From Roseiflexaceae bacterium (GTDB lineage: Bacteria > Chloroflexota > Chloroflexia > Chloroflexales > Roseiflexaceae): a stretch of 64,000 nt of DNA. The notes beneath the pieces are model-generated. The model did no database searches. It was not told where the DNA came from and worked only from the letters and a program-made list of their open reading frames with translations. Position 1 is the first letter of the stretch. Each line of letters begins with the position of its first letter. Both the position numbers and the translations under genes were made by a program. Positions 56,984 through 64,000 of this stretch are shown piece after piece. The stretch covers positions 589 to 64,588 of the forward strand of contig JBMTAN010000002.1 in assembly GCA_049428765.1 (NCBI GenBank). Reading direction: 5' to 3'.

Positions 56984-58069
56984 CTACGCATCGACACCCA
57001 CGGCGCGCAAGCGCTCGGCGTTGTCGTACACGGTCAAGGCATCAATCATGCGATCGATATCGCCATCGAGCATGCCGGGCAAATTCGAGAAGCTCTGGCC
57101 AATCCGGTGATCGGTGATGCGATCCTGTGGGAAGTTGTAGGTGCGCACCTTCTCGGAGCGCTCACCACTGCCGACCTGCGCCAAGCGCGACTCACCGACT
57201 GCTTTGGCACGTTTGGCCTCTTTGATGGCAAACAAACGGGCACGCAACACGTTCAAGGCTTTCTCTTTGTTCTTGAGCTGTGAACGGCCATCTTGACAGG
57301 TCACAACCATCTCATCTGGCGTGCCACCTTTGTAGACGATACGCACGGCTGAGTCGGTCGTATTAACGCCCTGACCGCCATGGCCACCCGCACGGAACAC
57401 GTCGACGCGGTAGTCCTCGGCCTTGAGCTCAATATCACCGTCGTCATCGAGTTTGGGCAATACGGCCACTGTAGCGGTCGAGGTGTGGATGCGCCCACGA
57501 GCCTCGGTGGCCGGTACGCGCTGGACACGATGCACACCGCCTTCGTACTTAAGACGGCTATAGGCACCTTGGCCCTGGATTTCGAGCGAAACTTCTTTGT
57601 AGCCACCGATACCGTTTTCGTTGGCATTAAGAAGCTCAATCTTCCAGCCTACACGCTCAGCGTAGCGCATATACATACGGTAGAGGTCGGCTGCAAACAA
57701 AGCCGACTCATCGCCGCCTTCGCCTTGGCGCAACTCAATGATAACGCTCTTATCGTCATTCGGGTCGCGCGGTAACAACAGAAGCTTCATCTCTTGTTCG
57801 AGCTTTTCACGCTCGGCGTTGAGTGGATCAATTTCATCTAGCGCCATCGCGCGCATGTCATCGTCATCGCCGTTTATCATCTCTTGGGCGTCGGCGATTT
57901 GTTGCATTACACTGTTATACCGCCGAAAGGTAGCCACTACCGGTTCGAGATCGCGTTGCTCACGGGCAATTTGTTGGAGTCGGGCCAAATCGCTGAGCAC
58001 TGCTTGGTCAGCCATTTGATTCGTCAGATCTTCGTAGCGTTCAACCACGCTATTGAGTCGATCAAACAT
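56984..58069 (-). CDS. prfA: peptide chain release factor 1
   Basis: 361 aa with the PxT-type PATE region and the GGQ motif (AGGHGGQGVNT). Confidence 0.95.
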   Translation of the reverse strand: MFDRLNSVVERYEDLTNQMADQAVLSDLARLQQIAREQRDLEPVVATFRRYNSVMQQIADAQEMINGDDDDMRAMALDEIDPLNAEREKLEQEMKLLLLPRDPNDDKSVIIELRQGEGGDESALFAADLYRMYMRYAERVGWKIELLNANENGIGGYKEVSLEIQGQGAYSRLKYEGGVHRVQRVPATEARGRIHTSTATVAVLPKLDDDGDIELKAEDYRVDVFRAGGHGGQGVNTTDSAVRIVYKGGTPDEMVVTCQDGRSQLKNKEKALNVLRARLFAIKEAKRAKAVGESRLAQVGSGERSEKVRTYNFPQDRITDHRIGQSFSNLPGMLDGDIDRMIDALTVYDNAERLRAVGVDA

Positions 58070-58133
58070 GGCGTCTCCTTTGTGTATAAAACATCACTAT
58101 ATCTGCACACAATACATATGTGAAAGTCACAAT

Positions 58134-58181
58134 AAAAAACATACCAAAACCGCTCCGGTAAAGACCGGAACGGTTGGTATG
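58134..58181 (-). terminator. rho-independent terminator after rpsU
   Basis: On the minus strand, the CATACCAACCGTTCCGG...CCGGAGCGGTTTTGGTATG hairpin is followed by TTTTTTATTG. Confidence 0.8.
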
Positions 58182-58196
58182 TATGCATCACAGGCG

Positions 58197-58391
58197 CTAG
58201 TGACCGGTTTGGGCCATCTTCTTGCGACGGTTACGCTCAGCACGGCGGCGCTTTTCTTTGCGCTGCTCGCTCTTTGACACGAACTGCATCTTCTCGCGGT
58301 AGGTCTTGGTGATACGCTCAGCCACGACGATTTTGTTGAAACGGCGAAGCAACTGCTCGATGCTCTCTCCGTCACGGCGTTCAATCTTCAT
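58197..58391 (-). CDS. rpsU: 30S ribosomal protein S21
   Basis: Start refined to MKIERRDGESIEQLLRRFNK. The 64-aa basic protein aligns with the S21 N-terminal pattern. Confidence 0.85.
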   Translation of the reverse strand: MKIERRDGESIEQLLRRFNKIVVAERITKTYREKMQFVSKSEQRKEKRRRAERNRRKKMAQTGH

Positions 58392-58733
58392 TGCGCGTGG
58401 GTTAAACCCGTTCACCCCCCTCCCGAGTTGACTAAAATAATACCGTTTCCAAGTATACGGGGTTATGCTGGCAATTGCAAATGAGGGAATACTGAGCGTC
58501 GTATGGAAGTCCGATAGGGTACACAGTGCCCACCTCGTTGCGTGCTGAGGTCCACACCGTTCTGGTAGGGGCATCACTTGCAGCACCCTGTACATTTCAT
58601 GTCATTCTTCCCACCTCGTTGTGCGTAGAGATGCAAGGGCACAGAGATTGGTCTCCACCCCGTACCGCCCCTGTATGCTACGCATGGGCGTCCGACAGGA
58701 GCCCCTGACACAGTGCCACATCATTACTGCATC

Positions 58734-59105
58734 CTATGTCAAGCCGGTCATCAATTCTTTTTTGAGGAAGTTGTAAATCTCGCCACGCATCAATGAAGCG
58801 TTTTGTGCATTCAGCTCAAGCTCCATAATCACATATACCGCAATCACGCTCCCGCCCATCCCCGTAAAATCATTCAGACCATAGTCAGCCACAGTACTCA
58901 GGGTTTTGGGCACCACCCCGGTAACACGCCAGCCATTGAGTCCTGCAATTTGTACTTGCCCAATATTGAATATTTTGGCCAAGTCAATGCCAGTCATCCG
59001 CGAATCAACATCAATTGCAATCGAACGATGTAAATAAATTGGTGGGCTCTGAGTAGCTCGCAAAATAATCTTCTCAACCTGTTGTTGCAGTTGTGCCTCG
59101 TTCAT
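58734..59105 (-). CDS. hypothetical 123-aa protein
   Basis: AT-richer ORF with AAGGGAGA-like purines upstream. No recognisable domain. Confidence 0.55.
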   Translation of the reverse strand: MNEAQLQQQVEKIILRATQSPPIYLHRSIAIDVDSRMTGIDLAKIFNIGQVQIAGLNGWRVTGVVPKTLSTVADYGLNDFTGMGGSVIAVYVIMELELNAQNASLMRGEIYNFLKKELMTGLT

Positions 59106-59190
59106 GGAATCTCCCTTGTTAGCTCAGGATGCAATATGCCATGGTCGCTGGTCAATATGATAACGCTCCAGCGACCACGGCTCCAATCAA

Positions 59191-59727
59191 TTAGACGCTC
59201 CGCACCGGTCGGTAAATGCCAGTAATTACGGCGCCACCAATCACGTTGCGTTGCGTATTCGTGTAGTAGTGTACGCCAAGCCCCACCGTGTGGAATGCGA
59301 CCAGACTCACCAAACGACTCACTGCCGTTTGCGTCATGACCTCAAACTGCCAGGATTGCGCCTGATCAGCCCATAATGTAGGGAGTTGTGGCACGGCAAT
59401 CATCGCCTCGGTCAGTGAGGTGAGACCAACAACCTGCGCCCACTGTGCAATCTGCTGCGGCGCAACACTTAACTGACGCGCAATTGCCGGATTGGCCCAG
59501 GCCCATAACCATGTTGCATTGCTGGCACAGAATGAGCCAACCATCTTGACGGTAGCAACTGCTACCGTCTGACCATGACGCGTGTACGTCACAGTTCCTT
59601 CGTCTTGCGATAGTCGCCAATCGCAACGAGAGAGTTGATACGCTTGCTCTAATTCACGTTGGCGCCCCCGCAACCACCGCTGATAGCCATCAAGCGCCTG
59701 TACTCCCTGATTCTCCAATCCTTGCAT
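59191..59727 (-). CDS. hypothetical protein, DUF6882-like (by the TWLWAWANP motif)
   Basis: Start refined to MQGLENQG, with AAGGAGG 4 nt upstream. The pattern DWRLSQDEGTVTYT...VGSFCASNATWLWAWANP matches my recollection of DUF6882. Confidence 0.55.
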   Translation of the reverse strand: MQGLENQGVQALDGYQRWLRGRQRELEQAYQLSRCDWRLSQDEGTVTYTRHGQTVAVATVKMVGSFCASNATWLWAWANPAIARQLSVAPQQIAQWAQVVGLTSLTEAMIAVPQLPTLWADQAQSWQFEVMTQTAVSRLVSLVAFHTVGLGVHYYTNTQRNVIGGAVITGIYRPVRSV

Positions 59728-59775
59728 ATGCCCTCCTTTTGCTTTTCCCAATTTCATTATATGGATTTGATAATG

Positions 59776-59843
59776 CACAAATGTGGTTTTTGATAACAAA
59801 ATGAAAGTTCACAAATGTGGTCTTTGTAATAAAAATGACATGT
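59776..59843. repeat. 34-bp tandem direct repeat x2 (CACAAATGTGGTyTTTG.AA.AAAATGA...)
   Basis: The copies start at 59776 and 59810, in the divergent spacer between the DUF6882-like gene and the oxidoreductase gene. Confidence 0.75.
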
Positions 59844-59935
59844 ATATATATCCACAACATCGGGTATTAGAGGATGAATGAGAAATGATACAATAGGCGT
59901 AGTTACCGCTGATACAAGACACAAAGGGCAACATC

Positions 59936-60952
59936 ATGGCCACACTACGCGCATTACTAGTTGGAGCAGGTGGGATGGGGCAGTCCTGGGCAAAAAATTT
60001 AGTTGCCAATGCCGATGTCACATTCGCTGGCTGGATTGACATCCGCCCAGGGGCGGCCGCTGATGCAGCCGGAAAGCTAGGGTTGGTAGCCGACTACTAT
60101 GGCGATGATTTAGGCACTGCATTACGGGTCGTACAGCCTGATTTTGTCGTGGATGTCACCATCCCCGAGGCGCACCACGATGTTACCATCACCTGTCTCA
60201 ATGCGGGTATCCCGGTAATTGGTGAGAAGCCGATGGCAGTCTCAATGGATCAAGCACGTGCCATGGTCGAGACCGCAGATCGTACTGGCGTGCGCTACAT
60301 GGTCAGCCAAAGTCGACGCTATGATGCACGCTTGTGGGCCTACCGCGACGCCATTCGCCACGTTGGCGAGACAGGAATTCTGAATTCAGACTTTTATATT
60401 GGGGCGCACTTCGGTGGATTCCGTGATGAGATGGCCCACGTACTCGTGCTCGACATGGCAATTCACACCTTTGATGCGGCCCGCTATTTGCTCGGCGATG
60501 TCACGCCCATATCGGTCTACTGTGAGGAGTTCAATCCACGCTGGAGTTGGTACAAAGGTGATGCCGGTGCAGTAGCCTTGTTTGAGATGGCCAACGGCGC
60601 TCGATTCACCTACCGTGGCTGTTGGGCAGCCGAGGGTCTACATACCTCATGGGAGGCCGATTGGCGGGCAGTCGGTAGTCAAGGCAGTGCCACCTGGGAC
60701 GGGCATGACGACATCAAGGCTGAGGTCGTCGTTGAACGCAGCGGGTTCCACGCCAAGTGTCAACAGCTCCACATGACCGCGGCCAAGGATATTGCACATG
60801 GGATTGCCGGATCGCTCAAGGACTTCATCAACAGTCATCGCACCGGCGCAACACCCATGGGTGATTGTCGTGACAATATCAAAAGCCTAGCCATGGTTTT
60901 TGGTGCGATTGAATCAGCCAAACTCGGCAAACGCGTGCAGATTATCATTTAA
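59936..60952 (+). CDS. Gfo/Idh/MocA family oxidoreductase
   Basis: 338 aa with the Rossmann motif LLVGAGGMGQ and the GEKPMA motif. Confidence 0.85.
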   Translation: MATLRALLVGAGGMGQSWAKNLVANADVTFAGWIDIRPGAAADAAGKLGLVADYYGDDLGTALRVVQPDFVVDVTIPEAHHDVTITCLNAGIPVIGEKPMAVSMDQARAMVETADRTGVRYMVSQSRRYDARLWAYRDAIRHVGETGILNSDFYIGAHFGGFRDEMAHVLVLDMAIHTFDAARYLLGDVTPISVYCEEFNPRWSWYKGDAGAVALFEMANGARFTYRGCWAAEGLHTSWEADWRAVGSQGSATWDGHDDIKAEVVVERSGFHAKCQQLHMTAAKDIAHGIAGSLKDFINSHRTGATPMGDCRDNIKSLAMVFGAIESAKLGKRVQIII

Positions 60953-60967
60953 GAAAGCGAATCATCG

Positions 60968-61387
60968 ATGTATCAACACACTATACTCGATCATCACGAT
61001 GCCCAAAAAGCCATCAATGCCATTTTGCCCATACTCGAATCACGTGGTGCCAAAGGGGTGATTGCCGTAGCCGATGCCCATGGTGAGCTCATCGCCCTGA
61101 TCCGCATGGCCGGTGCCCCGCTCCAGTCAGTGACTATTGCCACGAACAAGGCGTTTAGTGCAGCCCGCGCATGCAAACCAACCCGCGACATCGGCCGCAA
61201 AGTACGCAGTGCCGATCAAGGCTTTGATATCGCATACTACGGTGATCCGCGCTTTATTGGCTGGGGTGGCGGCATGCCTGTCATACACAATGGCACATGT
61301 ATCGGGGCCGTAGCAGTCAGTGGGCTCACCGAGGACGAAGACGCCGAGTTAGCAACCGTTGGCATCGATGCCATCTTGAAAGGATAA
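60968..61387 (+). CDS. GlcG/HbpS-like (DUF336) haem-degrading-domain protein
   Basis: 139 aa with a DUF336 pattern (VAVADAHGELIAL...GGGMPV...IGAVAVSG). Confidence 0.8.
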   Translation: MYQHTILDHHDAQKAINAILPILESRGAKGVIAVADAHGELIALIRMAGAPLQSVTIATNKAFSAARACKPTRDIGRKVRSADQGFDIAYYGDPRFIGWGGGMPVIHNGTCIGAVAVSGLTEDEDAELATVGIDAILKG

Positions 61388-61391
61388 CACG

Positions 61392-62000
61392 ATGTATATT
61401 CCTGTTGCCAATCGCATACATGATCGACCGCGCCTGATTGCGTTCATGCAACAATACGACTTTGCCACGCTCGTCACCAACGGCCCTGATGGCTTACCAG
61501 CCGTCAGTTACGCACCGGTGATGGTCGAGACCACCGACGATACGATGCATCTCATGTTCCATTTGGCCCGCGCCAACGACCACAATGCGTTACTCAAAGC
61601 AGGTACACCAACCACTGCCATTTTCCGTGGGCCGCATGCGTTTATCTCGCCGACCTGGTACGAGAGTCCCAATGCCGTGCCCACATGGAACTACACAGTC
61701 GTGCACGCCAGCGGCACCTGCCAGGTCACCGCCGAGCCCGATACCGTTATGCCTATGCTCAACGATTTGACGCATATCTACGACCGTAATCACCCCGGAT
61801 TCACCCAAGAGGGTCACGGCAATATGCTCCCTGGCATCGTGGCCTATCGCATGACGATTACCAAACTTGAGGGCAAGTTTAAGTTGGGCCAAAACCGCCC
61901 GCTCGCCGATCGCGTCGGCATGCGCCAAAAACTCGAAGTATCACATCGTGATGATAGTCGCGCGCTCGCCGCCATCATGAAAGAATTCGAACCCGAATAG
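61392..62000 (+). CDS. PaiB-family FMN-binding negative transcriptional regulator
   Basis: 202 aa with a PaiB-like N-terminus MYIPVANRIHD...AFMQQYDFATLVT and a split-barrel pattern. Confidence 0.8.
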   Translation: MYIPVANRIHDRPRLIAFMQQYDFATLVTNGPDGLPAVSYAPVMVETTDDTMHLMFHLARANDHNALLKAGTPTTAIFRGPHAFISPTWYESPNAVPTWNYTVVHASGTCQVTAEPDTVMPMLNDLTHIYDRNHPGFTQEGHGNMLPGIVAYRMTITKLEGKFKLGQNRPLADRVGMRQKLEVSHRDDSRALAAIMKEFEPE

Positions 62001-62112
62001 GCTCCGTTACCCTGTTGCCACACAAATGTGAAGTGACAGGGCGTTCTGGCATAAGAGTACAAATCGCCGGCGCACAAGACTCACACTGGGTTTCGTGCAC
62101 ACCGCGCCACTA

Positions 62113-62413
62113 GGTTGTCATGGCCCGCATGCAGTGACCATTGCGCTCATTCCATCAGTGCATGGCCACGTACTCCTGCAATCTTGTGCCGCATGTCGCG
62201 ATGGTGCGTGGCCGTGCAATCTTCTTCTCAGCAATCATGTAGATTGCCGTGGAAAAAGACTGCACGCCGGTGTTAGCACAATCGCCACCAGGTTGCAATG
62301 GTCGGCATGCAGTGACGGGCTGGGGAGTTTCACCTCTGCGACTCGGCGTCTCTGCGCGTAACCTGTGACATGAGGGAAGTGGCGCCACGTTGCCATTGCC
62401 CGCATGCAGCGAC
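62113..62413. repeat. repeat cluster: three copies of GGTTGyCATGGyCsGCATGCAGTGAC plus the twin of the 33429-33539 composite element
   Basis: The short copies are at 62113-62138, 62291-62316 and 62389-62413. The composite element is at 62160-62268. Confidence 0.75.
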
Positions 62414-62475
62414 TAGTGTTATTTTGTTACAATAATTACGACAATTTGTAGTTTTAAAAAAAGGACCAACCGACG

Positions 62476-63663
62476 ATGGCACCATCACGACTGTCACTAT
62501 GGCTCAGTGGAGTAGTTGCCTGATTGTCGGTGTTATTATGATCCGCAATGCATGGATTGTCGATGATGCCTATATCACCTTTCGCACGGTAATAACTTTG
62601 TGAATGGGTACGGCGTAACATGGAACCCTAGCGAGCGTGTGCAGTCACCCACTGTGGATGTTCGTTGTGACGGGAGTGTATCTATTCACACATGAGCTCT
62701 TTTTTAGTGTCATCGTGCTCTCATTTGTGCTGAGTATGGGTGCATTTATCCTCTTATGGCGTAGTGGCTCGCGTGAATGGTGGAGCGCGTTATGGCTAGG
62801 CAGTGCATTAATTGCCAGTAAGGCAATTCTTGATTACACGTCATCAGGGCTTGAGAACCCATTATCGTATCTATTTGTGGTGCTGTTTGTCGTCGTCTTT
62901 CATCGTGCGCTGAATACATCAACGCCTACAGCACGCCAAATCGGGATACTATATCTCATCGCGGTGCTGAGTTTTTTTAATCGGAATGACACCATCATCA
63001 TCTACATGCCAGCCTTACTCTGGGTGACGTATCAGGCCCAATCCCTCGGTATCACAACGATTATGCGCACGGTGGCGATTGCCACGCTGCCAGCGAGTAG
63101 CTGGCTCATCTTCTCGATTATTTATTATGGATACCCGTTACCGAACACGGCCTATGCCAAAGCACTTGCAACTGATATCCCGCTTGAGTGGCAATTACAA
63201 CGTAGCTGGGATTATATATGGAACAGCTGGCAGTGGGATACCGTGAGTTGGCTTATGTTTGGTGGAGCGCTCGGCTATACGCTATGGCGCAAAGCCTGGC
63301 GTGATCTCGTCATAGTGGTATGTCTATCACGAGGGTGCAGCCCTGCTCAACTGGCGCCCCGGGCTGGCGATGCCTGCACACGAATGGTATCGTTGGGGGC
63401 AGATTGCACGCAATGACGGACAAGCAGTCTATGTTGGGGGCGCGCTCGGTGGGGAGGCAATCGGCTATGCCTACTACGACGCCATCCGCCTGATTACTCG
63501 GGCACCACTGTGGAGTCAGGCACGCTGGTGGGCGATTTGGCAGATGAATACCGGTCAGTATGAGTACCTTCGTACGCTCGAAGTTGACCACTATATTGAT
63601 AATGGTCGCGTCCATTTGTTGCTTGATGATGTCGAGGATGGTGTAGATTCTGTCTATCAATAG
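62476..63663 (+). pseudogene. disrupted polytopic membrane glycosyltransferase-like gene (at least 4 frameshifts)
   Basis: The reading frame has to jump near 62520, 62591, 62640 and 63310-63400 to keep a continuous membrane-protein sequence (MAPSRLSLW.. / LIVGVIMIRNAWIVDDAYITFRTV / NNFVNGYGVTWNPSERVQ / HPLWMFVVTG...). The region is AT-rich. Confidence 0.6.
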
Positions 63664-63716
63664 CAATCGGTCGCTATAATAGACAGAGATACGCACATCG
63701 TTGATTGGGGTACACA

Positions 63717-64000
63717 ATGATGCACACATTTCACTATCGCTTGCACGCTCATATTGCCCCCGACGTAAATCGACGAATCACTCGTGATGGACGAATCGGC
63801 GAGGTATGCATGGTGTTGCAACGTCCAGATGGGCGCATTTGGTGTGCCGCCAAGCAGTACTACCCTGGCCTAATTGCGCGCTTGCTGACCGGTGGTATTC
63901 ATCCCGGCGAGCAACTCGAGGATGCTCTCTTACGTGAAATCGCCGAGGAGACCGGGCTTACACCGTTCCACGTCACCCCTTTGTTCCATGTGGAGTATCA
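63717..64000 (+). CDS. NUDIX hydrolase, N-terminal part (3' end outside window)
   Basis: The ORF is open to the right edge. Nudix box GGIHPGEQLEDALLREIAEETGL. TATAAT at 63675-63680. Confidence 0.75.
   Translation, partial: MMHTFHYRLHAHIAPDVNRRITRDGRIGEVCMVLQRPDGRIWCAAKQYYPGLIARLLTGGIHPGEQLEDALLREIAEETGLTPFHVTPLFHVEY

Overview
Gene-dense 64-kb chromosomal segment with about 60 protein genes. I saw no rRNA, tRNA, CRISPR array, transposase or integrase by eye. The genome is moderately high-GC. Gene content and the many GAGACGCA...TGCGTCTC-type palindromes in intergenic DNA suggest a Chloroflexota-like organism, but that is a low-confidence inference.

Most of the window is housekeeping:
- pyrR-pyrB-pyrC, lysA and tpx.
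- A block for the activated methyl cycle and methionine salvage: metK, ahcY, an oxidoreductase, an adenosine-kinase-like PfkB, a MetE-fold protein and mtnA.
- A heterodimeric ABC exporter.
- A tightly coupled hisS-like / panE-like / creatininase-family / hisG / hisD operon.
- rplS and rnhB.
- A LacI-controlled iolB-iolC-iolD-iolG cluster.
- Polyamine genes: speB, a PLP decarboxylase and a membrane-fused spermidine-synthase-like protein.
- prfA and rpsU.

Accessory-looking, visibly AT-richer spots (GC not computed):
- 3350-4690: a secreted LamG-like protein.
- 47407-49781: a nuclease-like + DUF2075 helicase protein with a divergent 94-aa ORF.
- 58734-59935: two small unknown genes plus a 34-bp tandem repeat.
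- 62400-63700: a multiply frameshifted membrane glycosyltransferase relic.

I could not demonstrate a clear novel multi-gene system. The best candidates are:
1. The AT-rich nuclease-helicase islet, a possible Nhi-like defence gene.
2. An N-terminal STAND/AAA_16 ATPase-TPR protein with a helical-repeat partner, preceded by a 570-bp repeat-filled spacer.
3. A MetE-fold protein with apparently degenerate zinc ligands inside the methionine-recycling operon.
4. A BmrB-like leader peptide and terminator upstream of the ABC exporter pair.

Other structure not explained by genes: a palindromic repeat superfamily with symmetric covariation and arm-arm-arm (L-R-R) arrangements, a roughly 195-bp tandem duplication between two convergent genes, and three 11-bp-phased DnaA-box-like direct repeats. 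Start codons were refined by eye from Shine-Dalgarno spacing. Small-feature coordinates may be off by 1-2 nt.
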